Assembly: GCF_000143415.4 (NCBI RefSeq)
Contig: NW_003314275.1
Coordinates: 1,493,955-1,557,954 of the forward strand
Direction: 5' to 3'
DNA: 64,000 nucleotides
DNA from: Selaginella moellendorffii
Lineage: Eukaryota > Plantae > Lycopodiophyta
Shown: positions 20,161-32,707 of the stretch, piece after piece
Position numbering within the stretch: the stretch's first letter is position 1
Layout of the letters: each line of letters begins with the position of its first letter
Program-made: the position numbers and the translations under genes
Notes under the pieces: generated by a model
Database searches by the model: none
What the model saw: the letters and a program-made list of their open reading frames with translations, nothing else
Told to the model about the DNA's origin: nothing

Positions 20161-23100
20161 ACTCCACCACCCATAGACGAAGTTCGATGTCCTCATCGAA
20201 CGGTGAACCATTTTATAAAGTAACACCCGCATGTGTTACCATTTCCATCCTTGGCGCGTAGCCAATATTTGTCAATGGTGTGACCTTGAAGGCTCACCAT
20301 GCCTTCTCCATATTCGTCAATGGTTGGACATTGAAGGCTCACCATGCCTTTTGCATATCCTCTAAGGAGGGTAGTCTCCCCAACTTAGAGACTGATTGGA
20401 CCACATATAGTGGTTCTCTCCTTTTATTGGTTTAGTTCTCGCTAAACCTTTTAGAGACCCTTCTCTAAGTCAATCCCACTACTCCTTCTCGAGTAGTCTC
20501 AATTTCCATCGATATAACCTTTGCACTTTGGAACTTTGAATTTTGACTTTTTGGAGTCAATTTCCTAGGTGTCTCCGACACCTTGCCTTGCACCTTTTGT
20601 GCAACTCCACTTCCCATCCTAGGAAGTTCTCTACTCGAGGGCACCATCATCCTCTCTTCTATTTCGTGCCAAAGTTCCAGTTATCATACTTTGTGCTAGG
20701 GCTGTTCATGGCCCTATCATTTGGCTACCTTACCGCTCCCTCCCTTGGAGCTTCCACTTTCGCCAAATCGGAGCATTTCGGAATCCCTCCTTGGAAACAC
20801 ACTTCCTTTCCCGCAACTTGTTAGCGTCCAACACATTAGTGTTCCTCGCCTAACTTTGTCACTTGGATTCCTTCCAAGGGATTCCACGGCCCTATCTTGG
20901 CCACTCATCTTTTGCTCCTATCCGTTGATTGTTGCACCAAGCACCATCGAATCTCTACCTCCCTCCTTGAGGTATTGTTTCGGTTCCATAGCAAAGACTC
21001 TTCTTTGCCAAGTCCGGAGGATGTTCACCCTTAGTACGTCTCTTTAGCATCTTCTGCTATGGGCTCTATCCACAGCCCAACTTCGTGACCCTCCCATGGG
21101 TCTTTTATAGAAACTACTTTCCTCGGACTCACTATGCCATCGCATGGACATAGTTTATTTTCCTTAGGTGCTCTTCCCACTTGGTCATCACGACCAAGCC
21201 ACACCACCTTAAACAGTTCAATTTCAACATTTTGAACCAGGAATTTCATTCCTTAGCCAACCAAGGACCTTGTCCTTATCTGGCCATAAGATCACCTAGT
21301 GATCTCACCTTGGCACCTTAACAGAGTTGCCAAGAGGTACTTGGTCTTCTAGACCTCCAAGTTGTTGACTATAACCCCGGGGGCATCCCCCACACTTGGC
21401 GGTGCACCCAAGCTAGCCCTTACGGCCAAGGGTTCATAGCAACTGAGATTAGGTGTCCCCATCTCACTCACCACGACCTTGGTGCCACTTGCACCAAAGT
21501 GTTCAAGTTAGATATGCTGAGCTTTCACACTAAGCAATCTAACTGTGCATCACGACTCCGAGGCATCCCTCGCTTGGCGGTGTGCCCAAACCAGTCTCCC
21601 CACTGAGAGTCCATGACCACCGAAATATGAGTGTCCTCATATTCCAAACCATCACCACGCCCTAGTGATTTGGGACTCGAACCCAAGCACTAGAGGGTCG
21701 GGACTCGAACCCAACCTCCGTATATGCATCTACGGACGGCATCACACAAGATGCCTGGCGTGACTCCCCACGCCGGTGCACCAACTTATTTTTAAAGTGC
21801 GCTACAGATCACAGCTTAGGAACCTAGTTCCTCCACACTGCCAAGTCCTCTCACTTGACATGTCTGTGATCATGCATGGACTCCTCCATGCTCGGCCCCA
21901 TGGCCCACCCTTTTTGAAGTTATCACCTTCAACTAGGGTATTTGTTCCCCCGACGTGCCAATCTCGCTTGGCAAGTCCTCCGACCACTGTAACATGGTTC
22001 CTGCATAAGCGTGAAAGTCCTTGACCATCGACTTTCGTTCAAAGCCCTCTCTTTGAACACTCGGGAACTACTTCCCTAACCTTGATAGCCTTGCCTCATG
22101 GCAAGCTTCAAGACCACGCTTCTGCTGCGCCACTCTGATTTCGCGCGTTCCATGAACCATTTACACTTGGCCTTTCTAGGTACTAAGCTACCTAGAATCG
22201 TCTTTGGGAACCTTGAAGGAACTCTGTCCCTTAGCTTGCTAAGGCCTCCCTTTTTGCAAGCTTTCCAATTGCCACATAGTCTAACATGGACAATTCCATA
22301 TTTTAGACTCTCCATGGCATCACGGTTGCTAGCGGCAACACCCTCGAGCCCCCACTTGATTCTCCACTCCCAGCTGGTATAACCAACCTTGGTTATGCCC
22401 TTCGATTTCTATGGTTCAGTTCCATCCCAATACTACTTGCCTTTTGGCCCCATATGTTTCCTTTGGTTATTCTCCTCCAGACCTTTCTATCATGCCTTAG
22501 CAAGTATTCTTAGGGATGTACCTACCCAATAGCCCAGGGAGTGGTTCCTCAATCCGGGTATGCTCACCTTATAATCCCACACACTGGGATTACATTGTTG
22601 CTTATGGGCCTTTCCATGCCCATCACTAGCCTTGCCAAAATTCCATTTTTGGCTTTGTCCAACTCGGGTAGACAGTCCTCTCTTGTCTCCGCAACTTTGG
22701 ACATTTGGATAGCACCTTCTATCCATCATTCGCTAGGGACTTAGTCCCTTGGGCTTTATCTATTGCCCTCGCGACATCAAACACCACCTTCTGGTGTTCT
22801 AGAGTGTTCGGGTGTCCCAATGATGGCTTTCTTGACAATGAGTATTTCCTTTTATGACATTGACTTACTATATTGCAACACAAGCAACTTATCCCCCGTA
22901 AGGGTATATCCAACTTCCCTATGCTATTAAGAAGTCTTGGGTAGCTACCTTCTACCCGTTTAACCAGTTATTTTGCACCTCCTGCTTAGTTGCCTCATAG
23001 TTGTCAAGTCCTACAACTCATTGCTTGGTGCTTTCACACCTCCATCATTATCTGAGTCACCACACTCCAACTGCATGCTCTGCAGCTTAGGCTATGCCAT

Positions 23101-24244
23101 TCCCATTTCCATTGGGATTCCTTTGGCAAGGGGTTCTCATGAACCCACCAACATAGCCTCAAGGTATCACACCTTGGCACATTTGGTGTCTCCACACCAT
23201 CGGCTTCACGAGCTTACCTCTATGACACTTCTTCTTCATGTCTAAGTCTCTGCCAAGACCAATACCGCTCTTTCTCATGCCAACCATTTGTTAGCACCGC
23301 ACCATAGAGGTCACACACAACTTTGGGTAAAAGTTGTTTTCTTTTTGGGAACACCTTTCCCACGACTTTAGCATGGCACATTTTGCCATCGATGAGATAC
23401 CCTCTATTCTCATCCTTGGATCCTATGATCCCCCCCCCCCATCCTTTGTGGGGTACAACACACCTCAGTCCAAATGCTTCCATCAGTCCTTTTAGGACCA
23501 TTCCTTGACTCTACTTGAGTCATCCAACAGTTTTGGACTTGGTTAATCCACAGACCTGTAAGGTCCTCTTTGTGAGGCACTAGCTCACTGGAATACACTT
23601 CTTGCATTCCTGTCCTACTCAAAAGGACTATTTTCACAAGTGTTACTCCGACACTTGATTTTGTTCTCTGGGGGCAACCTTTGCCCCTTATGACTACTTG
23701 TCCATGTGATGAGAATACCAACTCATCCACTTAATACACCCCCAACTCCTTGGGTTGTTCCAGCATTTATTAAAGGTAGCCCCGGCTACCATTTCAAGGA
23801 CTTGAGTCCTCTTCCGTATTTGACCTCCCACGGTCATTGCCTCTGGTCTCACATTCATGAGCACCAACCTCAACTATATGAGGATAATCTTGTGACTCCT
23901 TTATTGTTTTGGAGTCTACATCTTTCCCGTGATCCCAACTATAGTTGTTTATCACAACTACGTTAGCCCGTTTGCTGCGTCAAACGTTCATTTGGATCAC
24001 ATCCTCAGCTCTCTGAGGAGACCTTATACTGTTCCCAAGACCCCAAAGTCGTTCCATTATTAGCCCTTTTCTATCCACCACGTTGTGCCCAAGTTCACGC
24101 ATGAACTTGAGTGGAAAGCCATGTCCTCTCGACATGCTACTCTCCAGGATAGGCCCACTCCTAGGACCTTCCGATGCCAACATCAATGGTGATATACTTG
24201 AGCACCAATAAAAGTCGGACTAAGGAACAGCTCCGATACCAAGT

Positions 24245-26090
24245 TGTAAGCGACTAAATTTTCCATTCTACTTTAGTCACTTAACCACACCTCTGACCAC
24301 TTGGAGGAGTCTTATTCACAACCTCCATAAGTCCAATCCAGGACTTGGGACTTGCTAGCCCCGAGAATGGCATCCATGCCACTCAACATTTGCACTTGGT
24401 CCAAGTGCTCCACGTGTCCAATCCCATGACCGACACTCAAAGGTACCACCGACATAGCAGCCCGTTACGCTAAGGCCATGCCCAATCACCTTTGCCACAC
24501 TGGTAGTCCAATACCACTTGCATCACCGTCTTGGCTCTCCAAGACTAGGCAAACCATCCGTGAGTGGTCATCTCAGATCCACTCCTTAGCATCCTTAGGA
24601 TGCCCACCGACAAGGGGAATAGCCTTCCCCAATATCCCTCTGTCAGTCCCCATTAAGTCCCTTTCTGCCCCTGGCCGTGTTTGCCAACACTGCCACTAGA
24701 TCGAGACCCACAGGCCCGACCACTAAGTCCCACGGTCCTCTGGGACTTCCTCACCACACGACTGTGTCCTTGGTCACTACCCCAGAGGACTGCTCCTCTT
24801 CCTTTCCACAGTCTGGGCCTTTGGGACAACATTTCGGAACACCGTGGCCTTATGCGAGCCACCTGGGTACTCTCCTCGCCTTCTGCCCTTGGGTGCTCTA
24901 GCCATGGGCTTAGAGCGGGTTCCGTTGAGCCACACCAGGTATCCAAGTAGGTAGTGCCACCCACACTTGGACTGGGAGCATCGGCCAGTCGATCTCCCGG
25001 GGGAATTAGAGCCGGCTCTTGAACACTTCACCAAGCTACCCCGCTTGTCGGTCTGTGTTCACTCTAGTCTTGGACTTCCCAGTGGGCAGCTCATCACCCA
25101 ACACTGGGTCTAGCCTTCCTGGGCCAAACTGGCCTTTCCTGGCCAAACTGGCTCCACTGCAGTCCTCCCCCCACTATACTTTTGGAGCTCACCAAACCCC
25201 CCAGGGTCTGGGAGACGAACGCTTTGGGCTTTCACCCTCTCAGGCTCCGGACTCGGACTCGGACTCGGACTCGGACTTGGACTCGGACTCGGACTCAGAC
25301 TCGGATTCGGGCTCGGGCTCGGTCTCGGCCTCGGCCTCGGTCTCGGTCTCGGTCCCGATCCCGGTCTCGGTCTCGGTCTCGGTCTCGGTCCCGGTCTCGG
25401 TCTCGACTTCGGACTCCATCTCGGACTCCATCTCGGACTCCATCCCGGACTCCATCTCGGGTCCATCTCGGGTCCATCTCGGACTCCATCTCGGACTCTA
25501 TCTCGGGTCCATCTCGGACTCCATTTCGGGTCCATCTCGGGTCCACCTCGGACTCCATCTCGGACTCCATCTCGGACTCCATCTCGGGTCCATCTCGGAC
25601 TCCACTTCAGACTCCAACTCGGGTCCATCTCGGGTCCACCTCGGACTCCATCTTGGACTCCATCTCGGGTCCATCTCGGACTCCACTTCGGACTCCAACT
25701 CGGGTCCATCTCGGACTCCACTTCGGACTCCATTTCGGGTCCACCTCGGACTCCATCTCGGACTCCATCTCGGACTCCATCTCAGGTCCATCTCGGACTC
25801 CACTTCGGACTCCATCTCGGGTCCACCTCGGACTCCACTTCGGGGTCCTTCTCGGACTCTTCCACGTGTCATGTGTTGGTCCTTTTGGGTCCCTTTTTTG
25901 GAGCCTCACTTATTGCTCTCTTTGTGCTTGTTCCTCGAGCACTTTGTTGGGAGTTCCACTCCCGCTCTCAACCTTTCAAGGCAGAGCTTTTATTCCAAAC
26001 GTGTTACGCTCGTTTGGCTTTTCGCTTCGGCCACTACCACGTGGCACCCTTCCAGCACCACTTTGGGGCCTAGGGATTTTGTGTCTCACA
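24245..26090 (-). repeat. 5' LTR of element B (1846 bp)
   Basis: Repeat of 18297-20160, 18 bp shorter in the tandem array. Confidence 0.93.
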
Positions 26091-26382
26091 TTGGCCTCAG
26101 CCTTTTCCGTAGCATCTCTAGTAGGAGTTTCCTCCTCTCGATTCACCCATCTAAAGGTTTCAACGTCATCAGCATGGTTCCTTTTCACCATCCCGCTAGC
26201 TGCATGCATGTCTCTATCAGTAACCGAACATGCATCCAACGTTCTTACCGAATGGTTCAATCCCACTAATCCTACACAGGTCACTTCGGATCTATTAGAA
26301 GAGTCTCTACGTATGCAACTTGAGTAAAAAAATCCGACAAAAGTTGGATAGGAATCGCTAAGACAATTCCTCTGATACCAGA

Positions 26383-27285
26383 TGTAACGCACCTGAATTT
26401 GGAGCTGAACTCCAAGTCCATTGCGTTACGAAATGAAGGTCTGGTAGCATTAGCTCCCCGTATCCAACACCTGCACGTAAAATAGTGTCAAACGGAGTTT
26501 GGCACAATTTTGGCATATCAGTGGCCTAACGCAAGAAGGAGGGTACCCCACCGGCTAGAGCAACGTGGAGCTTGGGCTTAGACCCAAGCCAGACACAGAA
26601 CAAGGAACAACACAGCCCAACGGGAGCCAAACTAATGCCTCAAGTGGTCGGACATGCACTATCTCTGCTATACATTTGGGACCCCCCATAACACCCCACC
26701 CCCCCTTGAGGAACACATGCTTCGGGCTTTCACCCCAAGCCGCTCTTAGTACCAGGAGTTAGTCTCTAGGACAAGCTCAAAACTTACTAAATATGGAATG
26801 TCCCTAGATTACAAATTTAGACACGAGACGAACACCATTGTGTTCAAGCCAATCTCTACATTTCGTAGATATGCCAAATGAGCGAATCTAGACACTTTCC
26901 ATAAATAGCATTTAAGATCGAAATAAGACTAACACAAAGGGTATGATAGCGAGGGTATTTAACAAATATAGTAAGCTATCATCTAGCGATATTGAGGGAC
27001 TAGTCTCAATACGCAAGGGTTTTTGTCATTAGTCAGTGTAAAACATAACGAGACGGGAACTCCTTACCAAGCTAAGTATGCTTAGCTAATAACACATAGG
27101 AATTCCGTCCTTATGTTCATCTGGTCTAAGTACACTCAAAATACTCAGTTAACTCCACTAGCACAAAAGGGGCTACCAAAGGGATCCAACTGTATTGACC
27201 TCCTGCCGTTATGGAAGTAAGAAAAGAGTGTCCATAAGGACTGGCCGACAAGTATCTTTCAATACCCGAAGTCACATTCGCGATA
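26383..27285 (-). repeat. 5' LTR of element D
   Basis: tgtaacgcac...gtcacattcgcgata, colinear with 1712-2508 plus 16800-16922. Confidence 0.85.
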
Positions 27286-29183
27286 ATATGAAAGCTTAGT
27301 TTGTGATTTCACCCTAATTAGTCTTTTGGATAAATTTGAAAACTTACTAAATATAGAATTTCATTAGATTGCAAATTAGAATGCAAGAACAATACTATGG
27401 TGTTTAGAACACTCTTTACATTTCATAAACATGCCTCACTAATACATATTATAAATAGCACATATGGGGTATGGTAGCAAGAGTGTTTAGCAAACATAGT
27501 AATCTATCATGTAGTAATATTAGGGGATTATACTCAATATATAAAAATTATTATCACTAGCCAATGCAAGACATAATAAAATAGGAATTTTTTACCAGAC
27601 TAAATATGTTTACTTAATAGTATATAAGAATTCCATCCATATACTAGTTTGGTCTAAATACACTCAAAATGTCTAATTAACTTCATCAGTACAAGAAGGG
27701 CGAACAAAGGGAATCAACTATACTAAACTCCTACTATCATAGTAGTAAAAAGAGAATGTCTGAAAGGACAAGCTAACAAATATATTTTAATACTTTTGAT
27801 ATCAAAGGTGGTATCTTGTTCCTAAAGTTACATTTGTAACAAACGCTCACTTGAGAAGAGTATATTCTTGATGACTATATCGAGAATTTAGTAATTATAA
27901 AGAGTGAGTTAAAAAATTTATATAACATTGCAACCAACTCAAAAACCATGAAGAAAACATAGGGAAAGTGCATGTAATATATTAAAATGATATGATAAAA
28001 CTAAATTAATTGGTGTTTTCTTTGCTTTTAGAGTTTATTTCATAATGCATTTACTACTAATCATTGAAAAAAGATTTAGCTTCTATTCATCCAACCTACA
28101 ACATTATATGGTAATGTGTTAATTTCAAATAGAGTCATCATGGTTAAATCACATATCGAAGCTTTTACAACTATAGAGATAAGTAGCAAGTTTCACATGC
28201 TTAGAAATTTTGTCTACAACAAACTAGAGTCTAGGTTTGTCAAATGTTAGACAAACAAGTAATTCTTATAGTATTTTTGGGGTCTATGCCACAGTAATGA
28301 GCATAGAAAATACACTTTATTGAGCAATTTGTATTTGCTTGATAATTTTTAAACAACAATCAAACAAAAGATTCCAAACATGAAGGCAACTAAAACAAAA
28401 ACTTGATTTATATATATTTAGAATTCTAAATAGGAGAAATCTTAATCACTATGTACAAGAAAATTCAAGTTTTTCTCTCGAAAACATACAATTAGTAAGA
28501 TTTATCTTTTGGATTTCTAGCTCTTAAAGTAGCATAAGTTTATATCTAGGTTTTGCAGGTACTTTTGTCCAAATCCCCATTCATCACCTCAAATAGATAT
28601 TGAAATCGGATGGCCAATCTTAACCCCTAAGGATATAAACTAACTTTAGAGAGTTCTCCTAAAGTGGGAGCATTGCCTGATAATTAAGGACACTGTTTCT
28701 ATTAGAGGGTATTTCATTTATGTATTTTAGCAATTAAAGCTGAAGATGCCATTTTGCAAATGAGCATATTGAGTGGGGAATTCTTGAGCAAGGAGATCTC
28801 AAAAGGACATTGACACATATTATTCACTTTAAAGTTATGGTTTTGTGGTGCTATTCTCAACAAAGAAGAAGATTATGACTGTACAACCATTGTGTTGGGA
28901 TGATTAGCAAGAGTATTTAGTCAAAAAAACTTCGTATGGGTCAGTCACAAGTGGATGATTAGGACAATCTTCTCTAAAGTTTTAAATGTTAATATAAAAC
29001 TGACTTTGTAAAACCACTATATAAAACCAATAAAAATACCCATTATGTGAAACCCATAAAGGAAAACCAAATTCTAAAACCATATATAAAACATAATGAT
29101 GAAGCATATGAAAGCATCTCACCTGTTTGAGCATTCTTATTCCCATTTGACACACACACACACACACATGGCATAATCATGAT

Positions 29184-29780
29184 AATTACAATATCTGAGA
29201 TAAATATTTACCTCCGTCAATGTATACCTCAGATTCAAAAGAAAACTCTTATTTTTCATTGATGGTGAGCTGCTACTGTTGATTCACAACACCTGAAAAA
29301 TAAACAAAAGTTAATTCTTGCACATGCGAAGCAATGGTACACTACTTCTTCCATGTATGCTGCTTTAACCTAGAAGTGAATTCCAAGCCTGTCAAACATA
29401 CCTGCTTGATTGGTTTATGAGGAAGCGTCGGTGTTGAAAGGTCCATGCTAAAGATCTTTGAGCCCGCAAATTGTAATAGCTTGTGTACCTGAAACACAAA
29501 CTCAAAACCCTCAAGGACTTAGTTACCTCTGACTCTAGACTCTCTAGCTCCTTGTATTTCTTCATGATGTATTCCATCAGCATTTTCTTGCTAATGCACA
29601 TTCTAGCTCGCACTGGATATACATGTACACTTAATTGCCGCTCCACTTCCCACGATCACAAAGCAAGCCTGTTGTTGGCGACGTATGTGGCAACTCCTAG
29701 GATCGAACGGAGAACCTCGGATTTGTCATGAAAAGCTGTGACACCATTCACGACCAGTATCATAGGTGTCTTGCCATACT
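29184..29780 (-). pseudogene. Deleted paralogue of the P-loop ATPase gene (another at 38550-39090)
   Basis: Homologous exons (EYIMKKYKELES) with multiple deletions. Confidence 0.75.
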
Positions 29781-30445
29781 TATATAAGGTGGGGTTCAGG
29801 GTTTAGGGTCACTATGTCAACTATCACTGGACGAATTGTGGTGTGCGGCAGACCAGGTCTTGTAGCATCGAGTTCTGTGCACAGTGCTACAGAGGGAAGC
29901 TTGTTAAGACTAGGTTTTATTAAAGATTTAATCTCAGATTGGTTCTTTTTTCAAAGAAACAACCTACGAGCTTTTTGTGGGAGAGCACAAGCCAATGCTA
30001 ACGAGAGAGCTGATAAAAAGACTGGAGAAGTGAAGATGAGCGTGGTGGACTACACCCTTGGACTTCTCTATGTCCTTGCGACAATATCTTTTGAGGGCGC
30101 ATATCACCTTTCACTTGCCACTTTGATCATTACCTTGTATTGGTTTTTTGTTCTTGATAGAGATGCCTTGCAGATTGGTATGGCTGCTACTGCAGCATAT
30201 CAATATATCTGCCATGGGACGTGTGCTAGTGAAGCAAATCAAGGTATCTGCTGCGCACATTGCATTGATTATGACCAAAAAATGAACTTGTTGACTTTTT
30301 TTTAATTCTATTTGAAACATACTTTTTTATATTTTTAATTTATTTTTTCCCAAGAAAGCCGTGAATTGCATCGACCACACCCTACCGATTGTAAGATCCA
30401 ATAGAACATGAAATGCTCCGAGACCAATACGCGGATCTCTCCTTC

Positions 30446-30531
30446 CCTTGTCCAAGATGATCAGTTCTGTTGCTGAAGTGTTGCAAGAGCATCATCCTCT
30501 TCAGCAACAGAACTGATCATCTTGGACAAGG
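30446..30531. repeat. Perfect 33-bp inverted repeat with 20-nt loop (duplicate at 39945-40030)
   Basis: ccttgtccaagatgatcagttctgttgctgaag ... cttcagcaacagaactgatcatcttggacaagg. Confidence 0.93.
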
Positions 30532-30857
30532 AAATGGAATCTTTTTGTTTGGCTCGCCCGGTGCTCAAGATGAATAAGCCCAGCCATGAGCTGCTCGTGG
30601 AGATGGTTGCAAAGCACTCAATGACAAGCTCAATGCTTGGAGCGGCGTCTGTTCGAGTTCGACTTCTCAGAGGGCTGCTTAAGTTATTTACTCATTGTGA
30701 AGCTTACAACTCCCAAGGTCTACTTGTGGGCTACATCGATAGATATTGAATCTTGTTTGATCCGGCATTTTACCGTAAATCAAAACGACTGTGGGAGAGT
30801 TTGGCGTTCACAAATTTAACCACTTTAATGATCGTATCAATGTATGCCAATTGACAG

Positions 30858-31465
30858 TTGTACTAAAGAATATTCACGAAATCTCCATTTTATTTTCTCT
30901 TTTGTGGTGGCTGTGGTCCTTGCTTCACCCTTAGAAACACCGACACTCTCCCTGGATCCTCCTCGCCTCCTCTCCTCCGACAAGGATGATTTGTAAGAAC
31001 TTCTCAATCTGTAACTCTCGCCTCGATCTCGATTGGACGATGGCTTGTTCACCCCACTATCCCTGCTGCTATCTCTCCGCTCCGAATCTCTTTCCTTGTA
31101 ATCGTACTCATCATAAAACCATCTCCAATTGGATGAGGGGCCCCTCCATAAGTTTCAATTCCGTCAGGCATCCATGGCATTTGCTAGCCTGAATAGTCTA
31201 GTTTACCAAGTCAGTAACTGGAGCATCGAAATTGAGGAAAAGTACCTAGGCATCCTTACCTCCATCAAAACAACTTTCTCCCAGGTCTGTGATTGATCCC
31301 TCGCTGCCGATAGAACAGGAGAGGCTGCTTTTGAGGCAACACTGACTCCATATCTGTGAACGATGTATTAGATTACTCATTGCATCACACCATGGAAGGA
31401 GGTCGTCGACAGGCACATGTGTCGCTCCACAAACGCATTTGCATTTAGAAATGATCTCGCCGCTA
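30858..31465 (-). pseudogene. Deletion-riddled copy of the 3' half of the DWNN gene (also 40342-40978 and 34960-35295)
   Basis: Colinear short blocks matching 46100-47605, including intron sequence. Confidence 0.85.
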
Positions 31466-32149
31466 TCCTTTTAAGGGAGTAGCAACATAAGAGAGTGGAT
31501 TATGCATTATCTCAATTCCTCCACAAAATGGCCACCAGGAAGAACAAGAAAAGGCATACCTCCTATGACTGTGATATATGAAGCAAAATGTAACTCTTCT
31601 TTCTTCCTCTTTTTCTTTTAACGCATTCTTTGAACCATGGACCCTGTGGCACAAAAAAAGGCCTGCGATGGAGATAAAAAAAGAGAGAGTGGAAAACTTA
31701 TCAGCCAGATAATGCTGTCATACTCCTTGACAGCCTCCGTGAACTTGGTACACATTTGACACAGCCCCGCATTGAGCAAGTCAAATTGTTAAGCTAATAA
31801 TCGACGGACCGTCGATTTTCTGCTGGGCTCCAATTGGGATTTTCGTGCTCGCCACCGTCGAAGCAGTGAAACTCCTATTCGAAAGCTCCAGACAATGTAA
31901 GCCGTGTTTCCTTAGCTGCTTACTTGCAAGTCTGAGATCAAATGCTGAGGTTTGTATTCCTCTTTATTTACTTCTTTTCTTCTTAAGTTAATGAATCTGT
32001 GATTTTGGTTTTGCACAGGCCACCATTTGGTGGTTTCCTCAACGCCAGCATCTGTCTAGAACCTGGACTTTAGCTGCATAATCTCTGTGTAAACTGCATT
32101 GTCGAAGTCATCTTCCACTTTTCAGATCGTTTTGTACTCAACAATCAAA

Positions 32150-32310
32150 CAGGTGGGAAACACAAAGGTCATAATCTGCATACCACAGCAAGCGGCCGCT
32201 TATTTGCGTGAAGTCGAAGAGCGGGCTAGGACGGGCGCAGTCACTGTTGGTCGCAACCTCTATGGGATCCTTGCAGTGTCAGACCCGCTCAAACGAGAAG
32301 CCGCCATTCG
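32150..32310 (+). pseudogene. Fragment of a P1B copper ATPase (RAN1/HMA-like); duplicate at 41676-41836
   Basis: IPQQAAAYLREVEERARTG...YGILAVSDPLKREAA resembles the N/P-domain junction of RAN1/HMA5. Confidence 0.7.
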
Positions 32311-32707
32311 CCCATGCACAGGAAAGCTCGTGTTAAATCTTTGAGAAACTTATACTCGTCAGTTGCTTGCATCGTGCAAGTGTCTGGCTATAGCAAGAGA
32401 GGGCACTGCTTTGGTTGGCAGTCGTCTGTCTACTTATGAGTGTTCCTATTCCCATTTTGTTTGAAGCCTTCCACAACGACGTTCTTCCTGGTGGCTAATT
32501 CACTTCCACATTATATATCCTTGTACATATGTATATATAGCATCTATAGCCAAAATTGCCTTAATCAGACTTAACACTGTCTTCTCTACTTCTTGTAGTC
32601 ACTATACTGAAAATCACCTCTAACAGTTGGACTTAATACTGTTCTTTTCTACTCAGTTTTTTTCATGTTTGTAGTCACTGCATAGCACCCACGCATAAGC
32701 ATGATAA

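Larger units (their letters stand above)
18297..26090 (-). mobile_element. Element B: large non-autonomous (LARD-like) LTR element related to A
   Basis: TSD tcggc (18292-18296) / ttggc (26091-26095), one mismatch. LTRs 18297-20160 and 24245-26090 are nearly identical. PBS TGGTATCGGAGC at 24230-24241 and the same PPT as A. The 4.1-kb interior has no intact ORF. Confidence 0.92.
1712..27285 (-). mobile_element. Element D: internally deleted Ty3/Gypsy chromovirus
   Basis: TSD ATATG at 1707-1711 and 27286-27290. LTRs 1712-2508+16800-16922 (interrupted by C) and 26383-27285. PBS ctctgatacca at 26370-26380, PPT at 16923-16935. Gag, protease and integrase-chromodomain remnants inside. Confidence 0.85.
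1421..27841 (-). mobile_element. Old LTR (element E, C/D family) with adjacent degenerate PBS, split by insertion of element D; pieces 1421-1711 and 27291-27841
   Basis: Starts tgtaatacat directly after ctttgataccaaa (reverse iMet PBS) and ends catttgtaaca. Homologous to the D LTR. The two pieces join to match the uninterrupted copy at 36075-36870. Confidence 0.75.

Noticed and set aside
19019-20223. Long RS-, GL- and SD-rich ORFs (also 25019-26327 and in the A LTRs)
   Set aside because: They are by-products of stop-free 6/12-mer LTR repeats and are open in several frames on both strands.
20161-24229. env-like or accessory gene in the B interior
   Set aside because: Only short ORFs (about 110 aa or less) with no recognisable motifs.
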